A stretch of 64,000 nucleotides of DNA, taken from positions 6,123-70,122 of IMG/VR virus record IMGVR_UViG_3300002920_000062; one strand, written 5' to 3'. Positions 39,255-49,829 of this stretch are shown here, in pieces (position 1 is the first letter of the stretch; every line of letters starts with the position of its first letter). Origin of the DNA: a virus. A program made the position numbers and the translations under genes. A model generated the notes under the pieces. That model saw only the letters and a program-made list of their open reading frames with translations. It was not told the DNA's origin and made no database searches.

Positions 39255-39470
39255 TCACTTTCTTCGACAAAGAAACTCTCTAGGTGAAGAATACTTCATA
39301 TGAATGTCAATAATACGCTTAAAGGTTTTTGGATCTTTTTGCCTCATAATTTTGAGTGGATCTACCCTCTGCTCATAGATAGCGCGAATAGTCGCTTGGC
39401 AGCTTTCCATAGACCTATATTCACCAAGTTGAGTGTTAGTGAGCAGTGCAATGAGGACGAATTTAATCAT
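39255..39470 (-). CDS. Small hypothetical protein
   Basis: 71-aa ORF in operon. Confidence 0.55.
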   Translation of the reverse strand: MIKFVLIALLTNTQLGEYRSMESCQATIRAIYEQRVDPLKIMRQKDPKTFKRIIDIHMKYSSPREFLCRRK

Positions 39471-39473
39471 TAT

Positions 39474-39779
39474 TTACATGTTCCAATATGCTTCGCTTGC
39501 TGGTGAGCAGTAGCTAGGAGTATTAATACTCTCAAGATAATTCTTACCAGTCATAAGATTGACACGCTCGACCATCTTTTCAATATTAGCGTAGTATTCC
39601 TTGGCTTCCGCGATTGAATACATGAAGATAGGGTCTCGGTCAGGATTGCCGATATCCCAAACAGGAATCTTATTATGCATACGAGTGATAGCAGCCCTAG
39701 CAGCGCCGTGGGTCTTGTAAGTCTTATTCATGCCGCCGATAATGCGAGAAGTCTTGTTGTCGTAAATCACATAAGCCAT
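39474..39779 (-). CDS. Conserved early hypothetical protein
   Basis: NLMTGK..NTPSYCSPASEAYW; AAGGAG RBS; early promoter. Confidence 0.75.
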   Translation of the reverse strand: MAYVIYDNKTSRIIGGMNKTYKTHGAARAAITRMHNKIPVWDIGNPDRDPIFMYSIAEAKEYYANIEKMVERVNLMTGKNYLESINTPSYCSPASEAYWNM

Positions 39780-39857
39780 TTCGTATCTCCTTGTTACACA
39801 CTGTGTATAGCAGTTTGGGTAACCAGTGTCAACTGATTTTTTGCATTATCTACAATT

Positions 39858-40061
39858 TTAGGATTGCTCAACTTTCCAGCCTTTATAGTCAGGAAACCTT
39901 CTGCGAAGAAACCTGACTTCATCATGCATATCATGATCTGACCATCCATTGTATTGGTAAGCAAAGCGGAAAATACCATCACGGTAGATGTTCACTACAT
40001 ATGAAAGAGTAGTGCTTGTGCCAGGGTTGGCAAGTTTGGTGATGTTGCGATACTTTGACAT
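39858..40061 (-). CDS. Small hypothetical protein
   Basis: MSKYRN start after AGGAG. Confidence 0.5.
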   Translation of the reverse strand: MSKYRNITKLANPGTSTTLSYVVNIYRDGIFRFAYQYNGWSDHDMHDEVRFLRRRFPDYKGWKVEQS

Positions 40062-40112
40062 AATATCTACTCCTTTCATAAGCAAAAATGATAGCAGATA
40101 TTATTTATTATA

Positions 40113-41654
40113 TCAAGAGCGTTTTTCTCTACCTACATTGCCAACTGACAAGTCTGCTTGCCTGTGTGGTTTTCTACTCTTACCCAATGCAATACTTGCT
40201 GCCATGTCTCTGAATTCATTATCAGTTGGGACACGAATCTGTCTAGGAGATATTTCAATTTTTGTATCTTTAGGAATGCCGCCACCTCTATCAATTTTGA
40301 ATGTAAAATTTCCTTTAATACCAGTACTATAATAAGTTTTTTCTGCTGATAGATACACTCCAGTGATTAATTTGCTAGGGTAAATTGTGCTAAACTCTTC
40401 AAGAACCCAAGTATCTTTCTTTTCTTTGGCCTTAGTATAGACCTGCACTAACGCGCTATTATTCAATATATCTGATGCTGCTTTGCTAAACTCACCATCT
40501 TTGTTTACCTTAGCGGCAACTTCAAAAGCAATCGCTGCCATAATATGGTAAAATAAATCTAGACTATGTGGGTTGGTAGCATTTCTTTTTCTAGCAATTT
40601 CTTTGATATTATCAGAAATATCTAAAAATTCAAGATCTTCCATATTAATTAGTGGCTTATTTCTAAGGGACAATATTTCATTTACTTCTTTTTGAGAAAT
40701 AATCTCAAACTTCGTAGCTAAAAAGAGCGGAGCGCCTACTTGTCCACGAGTTTTAATTTCGTTGATGATATCAATTGTGTCTTTGTATTTCTCTTTAAGT
40801 TCTGAACCTCTGACAGTTTCTTCTAATTCGTTAATGCTGTTTATTAAATTTGAAACACTGGCTGTTGCTCCTCTTCCCCCTTTTGTACTAACCTTTATTT
40901 TTCTTCCATCAATTTTAGATAAAATACTATCACTTAGCCCTGCTGTTTTACTTTGGTCAAATGATATGTAGGTGTCTTCAAAGGAGCCATCTAAGAAAAT
41001 ATCTGCTACTTCTTGCGCGTTTCCCGTAAATTGTCCATTTTGTAATGCAATCGGCTGTAGTATCTCACAAAAATAATCGCGGAAACTTGTGAAGCTTACG
41101 TCTTTGGGTTTGGGAAATTCAATAGGAAATTTTTCCCCAGATGCAACTTGATACGCTAAGTCATACAATGGATGTCTTGTTCCAAGACTAATTGCTAATT
41201 GGTCTAGGATATCATCGGATGTCAAGTCAGACATATTAGTCAACAGGTCTTGTGGTGTAAGCTTATCTTGTATTTTGGTTGCTGATTTACCTACATATCT
41301 GAAATCACCCACACGGTTAGGGACAAAATTATTAGTAAAGTTGGGCTTGATGTTTTCAAGATACTTACCGAACACAAAAGTGTTTTCGAAGGAATCATAA
41401 AATTTAGCTATTGCGATTCCGCCGCTTTTAGAACTTCTTGTGTTTAACCAGGAAATATTGTTCTCAGACTCTAAATGTCTGACCATATTATCTAGTTCTT
41501 GTGGCTCCAATCGTCCACCGTTTGTTGGGAAGAACTCAATACCTTTAAAGTAAATCTCTTTACCATTGCTGTCCCTGAACACATCACCAACCTTACGGTT
41601 GGCTAGTCCTGTGCTTTCCTCTAAACTTTCAAGATGTTGTAATATATTGCGCAT
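40113..41654 (-). CDS. Late protein, possible PD-(D/E)xK nuclease fold, putative head protein
   Basis: TAAATA 5 nt before ATG; LESLEE/S site; GLSDSIL..IKVSTKGG motif. Confidence 0.6.
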   Translation of the reverse strand: MRNILQHLESLEESTGLANRKVGDVFRDSNGKEIYFKGIEFFPTNGGRLEPQELDNMVRHLESENNISWLNTRSSKSGGIAIAKFYDSFENTFVFGKYLENIKPNFTNNFVPNRVGDFRYVGKSATKIQDKLTPQDLLTNMSDLTSDDILDQLAISLGTRHPLYDLAYQVASGEKFPIEFPKPKDVSFTSFRDYFCEILQPIALQNGQFTGNAQEVADIFLDGSFEDTYISFDQSKTAGLSDSILSKIDGRKIKVSTKGGRGATASVSNLINSINELEETVRGSELKEKYKDTIDIINEIKTRGQVGAPLFLATKFEIISQKEVNEILSLRNKPLINMEDLEFLDISDNIKEIARKRNATNPHSLDLFYHIMAAIAFEVAAKVNKDGEFSKAASDILNNSALVQVYTKAKEKKDTWVLEEFSTIYPSKLITGVYLSAEKTYYSTGIKGNFTFKIDRGGGIPKDTKIEISPRQIRVPTDNEFRDMAASIALGKSRKPHRQADLSVGNVGREKRS

Positions 41655-41696
41655 AATAGTATTTATATAAGATTTAGCTAGACACTAAATAACAGC

Positions 41697-42398
41697 ATGA
41701 CAAATACTATTGGTTTTGACATTATTAACGACTTGAACTTATCAATTGATGAAAAATTTAATTGGGCAGAAAAAGTTACTAGTTTATACTGTATTGTTGC
41801 GGGTAACATTAGCGATGATCTAAAAACTGTAGCCAAGGTTCTCTTTCACTTATCTACACTTTATCAGGGAGTTTTCTTTGTTCCCGGGAAATTAGAATAT
41901 AGTGACACTTTAAACTATGCTAGTAGAACTAAAGAATTAAATTTGATAGCTGAAAACATAGAAAATGTCGTGTTTTTATACAACAATATTGCAATAATAG
42001 ATGGAATAGCAGTGTTAGGTTCTAATGGTTGGGGAAATATTACCGACACTGTTGACCCAAAAACATTACTCATGAACGCTTCCAAATACCAAGACAGTCT
42101 TTATTTGGAGGCTTCATTACGTAAATTACAACGCCATCCTGATATCAAGAAAATTGTATTAGTAACAAGTGCAGTCCCTAGAGAAGAATTGTATTTCGGT
42201 GAAAAACCAAGCAACGTAGTAGATCACACACCTTTGCATAAAATTTTAGTTGAAGATACAGAACGAAAGGTTGTCGTCTGGGTGTTCGGGACATATACAA
42301 AACCTGTAGATGTGTTAATTGACAACATTAATTACATTAGCAACCCAAACACCCAAGATTTACCATATCACTCTAAGAGGATAGAGATAACAATTTAA
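41697..42398 (+). CDS. Metallophosphoesterase-fold protein with degenerate metal ligands
   Basis: NDLNL, AGNI, PGKLEY, WVFGTY, NP align to DLH, GD, GNHE, GH.H, NP. Confidence 0.7.
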   Translation: MTNTIGFDIINDLNLSIDEKFNWAEKVTSLYCIVAGNISDDLKTVAKVLFHLSTLYQGVFFVPGKLEYSDTLNYASRTKELNLIAENIENVVFLYNNIAIIDGIAVLGSNGWGNITDTVDPKTLLMNASKYQDSLYLEASLRKLQRHPDIKKIVLVTSAVPREELYFGEKPSNVVDHTPLHKILVEDTERKVVVWVFGTYTKPVDVLIDNINYISNPNTQDLPYHSKRIEITI

Positions 42399-42534
42399 CC
42401 ATGTTTGGGTTTTCAGAGTGGTCAGTAATAGGTAATTGATAAAATTTTATGGTATAAGAGGGTTTCTAAAATAATAAAAACCCTGACGCTTTAGGAAATA
42501 CCAGTAAGTTAGCGCTGGGGAAAACAATAACAAG

Positions 42535-42837
42535 TTATTGAATATCTGGCTCAATTTTTACCTGAAGCGGAAACCCATTTGCTCTTGCATCGAGGACAAC
42601 TTCTATACCACGCTGTTCAGCAATCTCATATGGTAAAACAGCTACTACAGCACTTCCGTGCTCATGAATATCAGTAGCAATGTTTAACGCAGTATCAGTA
42701 TTATAGCCAAAATACTTAACCAATGACGAAACTACGAACTCCATCGTAGTAGTTTCGTCATTCAAATATATTACTTTGTAAAGGGGAGGTTCAGCTAAGT
42801 CTAGCTTGGGCTTAATTTTAGTTTCTACTTTAGACAT
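42535..42837 (-). CDS. clpS: ClpS adaptor protein
   Basis: PPLYKVIYLNDETTTMEFVV..IHEHGSAVV..FPL. Confidence 0.93.
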   Translation of the reverse strand: MSKVETKIKPKLDLAEPPLYKVIYLNDETTTMEFVVSSLVKYFGYNTDTALNIATDIHEHGSAVVAVLPYEIAEQRGIEVVLDARANGFPLQVKIEPDIQ

Positions 42838-42891
42838 CAGATTTCCTTAAATGTGCTCTCTGTAATAATACAGAGAGCACTATACGTTAAA

Positions 42892-43338
42892 TTAGTAATT
42901 AATGTCAATCTTCCTGGGCAATTTGTCTTCAGGAATGATTTTTTCTAAGTCGATTGTTAGAATGCCGTCTCGTGACCTTGCACCAACAACTTCGACATAC
43001 TCAGCAAGTCTGAAAGTTCTGGTAAACTTACGACTGCTAATTCCCTGATGAATGTACGTTACAGCATTGTCGCCTTCTTGGGCATGTACTGACCTTTCAC
43101 CTGAGATGGTGAGAACATTCTTTTCTAGGGTAATTGAGATATCACCTTCCTTGAACCCAGCAACTGCCAGTTCAATAGAATACTTATTTTCATCATGACT
43201 GACAATATTATACGGGGGGTAATTTACAGCTGGTTGAGAAGTGAACTTGGCCAAATCATCAAAGAAGCTGTCAAACCCAACACCAAATCTAGCAATACTG
43301 GGAATATCAAAGCTGCGAAGGGTTAATTCTCTTGTCAT
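42892..43338 (-). CDS. Small heat shock protein Hsp20 (IbpA-like)
   Basis: NYPPYNI, IELAVAGF, HQGISSRKFTRTF, DGIL. Confidence 0.95.
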   Translation of the reverse strand: MTRELTLRSFDIPSIARFGVGFDSFFDDLAKFTSQPAVNYPPYNIVSHDENKYSIELAVAGFKEGDISITLEKNVLTISGERSVHAQEGDNAVTYIHQGISSRKFTRTFRLAEYVEVVGARSRDGILTIDLEKIIPEDKLPRKIDINY

Positions 43339-43440
43339 ATATTTTCTCCTTTTTAAGCAAGAATTAATTGTAGGCCTATCAAAGCACCTACGAATATATT
43401 TATACTTTATTGTTATGAAATAATCTAGTATTTTGGTAAA

Positions 43441-44865
43441 TTATTTAAGAAGATCGTTAATATATTGTACAATCTGTTCTTTTTCTTTGTCAGTCAATAA
43501 GTCAATATCATACTCACCTGCATCAATCTTATCAACTAGGTATTTGATATATTGTTGGTCATATGACACTTTATCTAAATTATCAGTTTTTTCGTTCCAC
43601 TTGTACCCATCAAACTCAAACACTCTGTTTGGTTTTGAATCTACTCTTACAAAAATTTCACCTTTTTTTGCGGTCGGTGGAAATTTAGTACCGAACCCAG
43701 TTTTGGCATCATTAATGGTAGAAAACAAATCAGGCCTCAACTCTGATAATGCTTGCTTACTCGAAGTTTTGCCGTTATAGTTAACGTAATTATCACCCAC
43801 CTCTAAGAATGTAACACCCTCTGTCTCTATTTTTTTAGGTGACTGTCTATCTTCATCTTCTCTTCTGTCCAGTATAGTATCATTCTCATTGTTATATGGA
43901 TGTAATACTTTTGGTAAGTCGTTTCCCATTACTTCATCTGGATTTTCACTAACTGGTTCAGTTGGTTGTTCAACACATTCTTGTTTTTCTTCAATTATTT
44001 CGGGAACAGTTTCAGGTTCTGATGATTGTTCAAACTTTTCTGGATCTTGTTCTTCTTTTTCTTGTGTCTTTTTGTTACGAAAGTCTTCATTCAACCACTC
44101 GTAGCTTTTTTGTGAAGCAATAACAAGGGTAAGAGCTAAAGGGTCAAATACCAATACAATAATTATGATAACCCATCTTACTGCTTTTTCCAATAAATTA
44201 GCATCAGGGTTGTCACCGTATATCATTGCGGCTATGTATCTAATTGGACCAACTTCTGCTTCAACTTTTCTAAACTTAGCCTTGATAGGTGCTGATTCTT
44301 CATTAAGCTTGGTAATAATATCTTGATTTTGAGAAATTTCGGCAAGCAACCTTTCTCTTTCTGCTGCCTGCTGTCGTCTAATCTGTACCGCACGATTTGC
44401 GCCGCCCGCATCATCAGTTCTTGATAGCATCTGGTTAACTTGTTCATCAAGTTGTTGAAGCGCGGCTCTGTTGGTATTAATATTTTCTCTAGCTACTTGT
44501 ATTTTTTCATCGTATATAGCTATTTGCGCTGATGTATCACCAGATACTAATGTCTGGTCACTATGAGCTTTAGAGAGAAACCCAAAAATTCCCATACTTG
44601 TTATGAAGGCCAATGTTACAACAGCAGGAACAAGATAAAGCTTTAATTGCCAACCGCACTTATTCCAATATCTATGCAGCCAAACAGTTGTGACTACCTT
44701 AGCTACCTCTAAAGAACCTCCCATAATAATGATAGGGATAACTGCACCGGCAAATATTGCGGTCAACCCCAATACTGAGTACCAAGCCGCAATACCACTA
44801 AGTAATAAAGCAACTAGTAAAGTTAGCGTTGCAAAACTGAATAGTTTGGAAAATAGGTTAGTCAT
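43441..44865 (-). CDS. Membrane-anchored coiled-coil protein
   Basis: N-terminal TMs, LEVAK, TSMGIFGFLS, EVGPIRY, VFDPLA. Confidence 0.85.
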   Translation of the reverse strand: MTNLFSKLFSFATLTLLVALLLSGIAAWYSVLGLTAIFAGAVIPIIIMGGSLEVAKVVTTVWLHRYWNKCGWQLKLYLVPAVVTLAFITSMGIFGFLSKAHSDQTLVSGDTSAQIAIYDEKIQVARENINTNRAALQQLDEQVNQMLSRTDDAGGANRAVQIRRQQAAERERLLAEISQNQDIITKLNEESAPIKAKFRKVEAEVGPIRYIAAMIYGDNPDANLLEKAVRWVIIIIVLVFDPLALTLVIASQKSYEWLNEDFRNKKTQEKEEQDPEKFEQSSEPETVPEIIEEKQECVEQPTEPVSENPDEVMGNDLPKVLHPYNNENDTILDRREDEDRQSPKKIETEGVTFLEVGDNYVNYNGKTSSKQALSELRPDLFSTINDAKTGFGTKFPPTAKKGEIFVRVDSKPNRVFEFDGYKWNEKTDNLDKVSYDQQYIKYLVDKIDAGEYDIDLLTDKEKEQIVQYINDLLK

Positions 44866-44878
44866 AATACTTTATTTA

Positions 44879-45139
44879 TTAAAAGTCTTCATCAAAGTAT
44901 TCGTCACCGAACAAGTGACCGAAGTTTTCTCTAAATTCTTCTACATGCATTACTAGTTTTTTGGGAACACCCGGGACATCATGAACCAAATAAAATACCC
45001 ATGGACCGGTATCTCTTCTCTTTACTTGAATTACCTCAAGTTTTTTACCATCTGGAAAAACATGTATTGTACCAACAATACTGTTAGCCCATGTTAGTAT
45101 ATTATTATAATATGAATAGTCTACTTCTTCATTCATCAA
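44879..45139 (-). CDS. Hypothetical protein
   Basis: 86-aa ORF in operon. Confidence 0.6.
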   Translation of the reverse strand: MMNEEVDYSYYNNILTWANSIVGTIHVFPDGKKLEVIQVKRRDTGPWVFYLVHDVPGVPKKLVMHVEEFRENFGHLFGDEYFDEDF

Positions 45140-45315
45140 ACAAACAATTCAAAGTAGATTTCTTTGCTACGGATTTCTGTCAACGAAGGGTCTTTCTGAC
45201 TACATGGATAGCAAATCTCTTCGTGGTTGATCCCGTAAGGGCGAGTATCTGCTATTATGCCGCACTGGCTGCAAACACAGTAATATTCATCGTATTCTAC
45301 AATTGATATTTTCAT
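45136..45315 (-). CDS. Small zinc-finger protein (59 aa, below ORF-track cutoff)
   Basis: CSQCG..TRPYG..EEICYPC; 4-nt start/stop overlaps on both sides. Confidence 0.7.
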   Translation of the reverse strand: MKISIVEYDEYYCVCSQCGIIADTRPYGINHEEICYPCSQKDPSLTEIRSKEIYFELFV

Positions 45316-45602
45316 TGTCCATTCCTATCTTTGAAAAGCTGAATATTGTCCAGATAACGTTGGTTTTCTTTTTTCCTACGCTGCTCTTCTTTTTCCCACT
45401 GTTTTTCTATCAGTCCCCTGTATATACTATTTGCCCCGTTACCCCAATAGTCGCATTCTAGACCACAATCAGGACAATATTCATATGATACTGTCTCTTT
45501 GTATTTAGTGCTTTTACAGTTAGGACAGGGTCGTTTGTTGATAACTTTACCATTACCGGCACAATTGTCATGTTTATTATAATATGTCATTTTTATACTC
45601 AT
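45312..45602 (-). CDS. Zinc-ribbon protein
   Basis: CPNC..CPDC. Confidence 0.65.
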   Translation of the reverse strand: MSIKMTYYNKHDNCAGNGKVINKRPCPNCKSTKYKETVSYEYCPDCGLECDYWGNGANSIYRGLIEKQWEKEEQRRKKENQRYLDNIQLFKDRNGQ

Positions 45603-45638
45603 GATAAAAGTTGTCCATCATAAATTCATAACGCTTGT

Positions 45639-46991
45639 TCACTTGTCATCTCTGAAACGAACAAAACGAGGGAATCGTAGAGAGTAAGTACCATCTTGGT
45701 TCTGAGACACAGAGTCAGCTAATACTTCAACAAAAGATCCGATAATAAGATTCTTATTATCCCAAATCTCTTGACGTTCTTTATCTGTAAAACCGGTTCC
45801 TACATTTACGGTAATTTCTCTGTTGTTGTCGATTCCATGACAAACTAGGGCGCCCAGCCTTTTCTTGTTGTTGCCAGTCCCTTCTTCTACTCCCATGACC
45901 TTAAGGTCAACTGTGATAGTTGGTTTGTATTTTAACCAGAAATTGTTACGTTTACATAGATAAGGTGCACCGAGCTTTTTGATCATTACGCCCTCTAACC
46001 CAGACTGAATAGCTTTTTCTGTATAAGCATGGTATTGCTCAAGGCCTTCAGGTGTGTCTAAGTCAACTTCTTCGCCGGAAACAATCTTTAGCTTACTAGA
46101 ATTGGCAAAGATGGGCCTCAATTTTTCAAGGTATTCTAATCGCTTGTACAAAGGAGCATTCCAGTGTCCTTCGATAAAACTAGAAATAGGTATAATATCA
46201 AAGATATAGAATATGCTATCTGAGGTATTTATGTTTTTCTTTCTATGTACTTGGCGCATCAAATCTTGAAAGCTCTTACTAACAATTTCCCCATCCAACA
46301 AAAAACCAGTAGATATACTGGAAGGCATAACTCGCTTAATTTTGCCACCGTACTTTCTTAGCTCCTCTTGAATATCTTTGAAATTAAAGAGTATTTTGCC
46401 ATTACGGCTATAAACAATAGAATAAGTATCAAAAAATTGTTTTGCTACGGAATCATATACTATTTCAAGATAAACTAGCGCCCTAACACCGTCATACTTG
46501 GGCTCAAGACGAACCTTACCTTGCATTTCAAGGCAATTAGTGCTGTCAGTAGCAAGCTGACAACTAAACACAGGAATATGATACTTTTTATTCTTTACTA
46601 CTTTATTGACAGTGGTTTCTGTTACGCCAACACGCAAGTCTTTGCGAATCACAGGAGCACAAAATTTATTCCATTCTTTACTATCAAACCGGCGCGACAT
46701 ATTAATGATAGCATCACGCGCCGCATTTCCGGTTAGAATTTTTGTTCTCAAACTATATAAAAGGTTGAAGAATTCTTCCCAAGGATTTTCCTGATCAACA
46801 ATACCGACTGTATCATCAACCTTCTTTACACCAAAAACTATCATGGGATCATATGCATAACGAAACCCGCTAAGAAAGCGTTCTGCTGTCTTGTCACCTA
46901 ACTCAGCCATAAATTCGGCTTCAGCAAGAACCTTCTCTTTGTAAAGTCTGCCGTTTTCTTGTTTTATTCTGTCAATCCAAACTGCTGCCAC
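45639..46991 (-). CDS. ATP-dependent DNA ligase
   Basis: EPKYDGVR, LDGEI, EGVMIK, WLKYK, SLRFPRF. Confidence 0.96.
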   Translation of the reverse strand: MAAVWIDRIKQENGRLYKEKVLAEAEFMAELGDKTAERFLSGFRYAYDPMIVFGVKKVDDTVGIVDQENPWEEFFNLLYSLRTKILTGNAARDAIINMSRRFDSKEWNKFCAPVIRKDLRVGVTETTVNKVVKNKKYHIPVFSCQLATDSTNCLEMQGKVRLEPKYDGVRALVYLEIVYDSVAKQFFDTYSIVYSRNGKILFNFKDIQEELRKYGGKIKRVMPSSISTGFLLDGEIVSKSFQDLMRQVHRKKNINTSDSIFYIFDIIPISSFIEGHWNAPLYKRLEYLEKLRPIFANSSKLKIVSGEEVDLDTPEGLEQYHAYTEKAIQSGLEGVMIKKLGAPYLCKRNNFWLKYKPTITVDLKVMGVEEGTGNNKKRLGALVCHGIDNNREITVNVGTGFTDKERQEIWDNKNLIIGSFVEVLADSVSQNQDGTYSLRFPRFVRFRDDK

Positions 46992-47041
46992 ATATTACCC
47001 CTTCGGTTATTATTTTACTATAACAATATATTCATAAGTTG

Positions 47042-47263
47042 TCAAGTGTGTTTCAACTTAAAAAGAATGTGCTTGTTTTTATTGTAGAACTTTACTACTC
47101 GATAGATTTCGCCGTTAATCAAAACGACGGATCTATTAGTAGAGAAAAAACAATCATACTCTGTTTCAATCTCACTATACGTACCAAAAATACCCAACAT
47201 GTTTTTTATTACAGTAAGCGGAATAAAGTCAGTTTCTACGTAACTTGTGTTAGTTAACTTCAT
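47042..47263 (-). CDS. Small hypothetical protein
   Basis: Probable start MKLTN; C-terminal ILFKLK. Confidence 0.5.
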   Translation of the reverse strand: MKLTNTSYVETDFIPLTVIKNMLGIFGTYSEIETEYDCFFSTNRSVVLINGEIYRVVKFYNKNKHILFKLKHT

Positions 47264-47915
47264 TGATCTTAACCCGCCTAAGCTTGGTGTGGTTTTCACG
47301 ATGTTCAGCTACCGTTGCGTTCACAACAATCTTGGAATCACTTTGAAGTTCCGAACGATATGAGAAAAATACCGTCGAACCCTCAGTAACACCAGTTACA
47401 AAGAAAGTGTTCCACTTATTGGAATACTGGCAACGGACTACTTCAATTTCAAACTTCCTACGAGTGCCGATAGCCACATCAAGCTGCTTAGAATTGTTGA
47501 AAAGGATAGTGTTTTCTTTGTTACGCCTCTGTTCAATTTCAAAGGCATTTGGCGCAGATGCAATCAACCCAATTTCGTGTTGGGAAGTCACTACTTCTTT
47601 CTGAGACAATTCCGCGAGAGATACGATATAAGAATTAGCCTTACCGGCAATAATAGCCAAAGACAGGTTCTTAAGAAAACGAAAGACCTCCCGAGCCCGT
47701 TCATTATCCTCTTCGGTGATATTCAACAAATCGGGGCTATTGAGAGCCATATAGACAAGTTCCTTATTTGACGATATCCAGATATCAGCTTCACGGGCAT
47801 ACCTACCGTACTTCTCGTAACCACCCTTAATTCGATGTGCTGCGCAAGCCGCTGTAATAACATCCATGATAGGATAAGAGAACTTGAGGGTCTTGTTAGA
47901 AGGATAACAGGGCAT
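47250..47915 (-). CDS. Hypothetical protein with C-terminal beta-rich (OB-like) domain
   Basis: 221-aa ORF with GGAG RBS and early promoter. Confidence 0.7.
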   Translation of the reverse strand: MPCYPSNKTLKFSYPIMDVITAACAAHRIKGGYEKYGRYAREADIWISSNKELVYMALNSPDLLNITEEDNERAREVFRFLKNLSLAIIAGKANSYIVSLAELSQKEVVTSQHEIGLIASAPNAFEIEQRRNKENTILFNNSKQLDVAIGTRRKFEIEVVRCQYSNKWNTFFVTGVTEGSTVFFSYRSELQSDSKIVVNATVAEHRENHTKLRRVKINEVN

Positions 47916-48292
47916 GACAATCTCCGTTGAACAAGTATGTTTGTTATAACAGGTTGGATATGGGGTGTCAATTACTACTTTCTAATTTTTTTATCCCCGC
48001 ATTTTTTGTAAGTAAGTTTTTTAGTTAGAGTATTTTTTCAAGTATCTTGTAGGTTCTGTCAAGCTTGTAACAAATATACTGTCTGTCTCTGAACTTATAT
48101 TTCATATAATCATTTTCGTCTTTGTTATATTCAACAGTAATTTTGTTCTTTTTGACTAGAACTCTACTGCCACCGTTACAACTTACTCTTTACCTAGAAG
48201 TGTAATAGATTTTCTTTTACATGTCGATATCTTGCTTCCAAATACGCTACATTTTAATATTGTAAGTTATAGTCCTTATGTTCAGGTAATCA

Positions 48293-49006
48293 TTACTCGT
48301 AATCAAACTCTACCTTAAAAAATTCATAATATTTGTGTTCATAAAAAGTTTTATGTATAATGGATGTTTTTTCAGGAATAACCTTAATTTTTCCATTTAT
48401 GTTAAGGATTTTTTCAAACAACAAGAGTAGAGGATCAGGAGATTTATACTTGAACATATACATATAACCCTCGTTGCTCTTGAACCAGTAATGATTGTGT
48501 GGGAAAGCCTTTGAAAAGGGATCTAGTTTACCTAAGTAGATTAATTCTGCTGAATCTTTATACTGTTTTTTACCTCTACTATATACTAGTTCTTCACTAG
48601 CATTTTCTTTAAACATCTTGTTAAGTTTAATGTCATGATCATAGAAGAACGGAAGCTTATAAGCTATGCTCACATATTTGTTTGGAACATTATAATAGTC
48701 CTTGTGTGTAAAGAATTGCAAGGTTCGTATTTTATATTCAGTCAGATTTCCGTCACATAGTTGACGTATCATATACTTGTTAGAATAATATTGTTTGATA
48801 TTATTGGTCATATTATAATCATCTGAAGTAGCCTTTGACAATATTTCATTGACTTCTTGTTCCCTATAGAAATATAGTCCGAAGTTTTTGTCCGAGTGGA
48901 TTCTATGTTGGATGCAGGCTAGTAATAAAGGATCTGCCCCAAAGAAATTACTACATTCAGTATCTAAATCTGTCTCGTGCATTGCCGCCAATTGTGTTTC
49001 AATCAT
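48293..49006 (-). CDS. Hypothetical protein
   Basis: 237-aa ORF. Confidence 0.7.
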   Translation of the reverse strand: MIETQLAAMHETDLDTECSNFFGADPLLLACIQHRIHSDKNFGLYFYREQEVNEILSKATSDDYNMTNNIKQYYSNKYMIRQLCDGNLTEYKIRTLQFFTHKDYYNVPNKYVSIAYKLPFFYDHDIKLNKMFKENASEELVYSRGKKQYKDSAELIYLGKLDPFSKAFPHNHYWFKSNEGYMYMFKYKSPDPLLLLFEKILNINGKIKVIPEKTSIIHKTFYEHKYYEFFKVEFDYE

Positions 49007-49025
49007 TATTGTTCTCTTCTTGGGA

Positions 49026-49481
49026 TTAAAGGCTAATATCTTCCATGCCTGCTGCTCTTAGACGGACTATATGCCCTAACATAAAGTTCTTAGATTCAAG
49101 TGCTTTTATTATGCCTAGAAATTTGTTTCTAATCAAGCTAACTTCATTGATAACAAGCTGGAAGTCAATTACTTCTTGCTCACCATCAGCATACTTCTCA
49201 GCGTCTTTAGAGCTAAGCTCTCGGTTGTATTTTTCTAAATATTTCCTGAAATGCTTCTGTCTAATTTGTTTTAGCTGAATGTTGAGAAAATTCAGTACAG
49301 CCTCAATTTCTTGAAGCTGATTAAACCTAAACTCAGTAATCCCAGGCAAAGCTGAGAGATTTTTTTCTATATTCCCGTAGATTTTAACATCTTGCTTTGC
49401 CTGGGTTACTTGTTCGTCATAATACGTAATAAAGTCTGGTATATTGTTCAAGTCTTGAACAATTTTGGTATACCACATCAT
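49026..49481 (-). CDS. uvsY: UvsY recombination mediator
   Basis: YLEKYNRELSSKDAEKYADGE..LGHIVRLRAAGMED; near uvsX and gp32. Confidence 0.85.
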   Translation of the reverse strand: MMWYTKIVQDLNNIPDFITYYDEQVTQAKQDVKIYGNIEKNLSALPGITEFRFNQLQEIEAVLNFLNIQLKQIRQKHFRKYLEKYNRELSSKDAEKYADGEQEVIDFQLVINEVSLIRNKFLGIIKALESKNFMLGHIVRLRAAGMEDISL

Positions 49482-49777
49482 TAGTATTCTTCTTCGTCAT
49501 CATAATAGCCATTATAGCTCATATGGGTATCAATATCATCTTCATCCTCTTCATATGATTCAAAAAATGACCCATCTTCTGGTTTCTCTAGGTAAAATTG
49601 CACAGCTTCTTTGATTTCCCTATCTCCCCTAAACATCTGCTTGATTTCTGAAGGAGAAAAATCTTCATCAATTAGATAATTTACTAGTGTTTCTGCTGCT
49701 TCATCAACATCACCTATCTCAATACTAGGCTTCAGTATTTTCCAGACTTCTTTGATAAGGTTAAGATTGTTGCTCAT
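49481..49777 (-). CDS. Acidic hypothetical protein
   Basis: 98 aa, D/E-rich tail. Confidence 0.7.
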   Translation of the reverse strand: MSNNLNLIKEVWKILKPSIEIGDVDEAAETLVNYLIDEDFSPSEIKQMFRGDREIKEAVQFYLEKPEDGSFFESYEEDEDDIDTHMSYNGYYDDEEEY

Positions 49778-49829
49778 ATACTGTTCCTTTTATTATTTGT
49801 TTATTGTGTATCTTAATTTATTGTTATAT

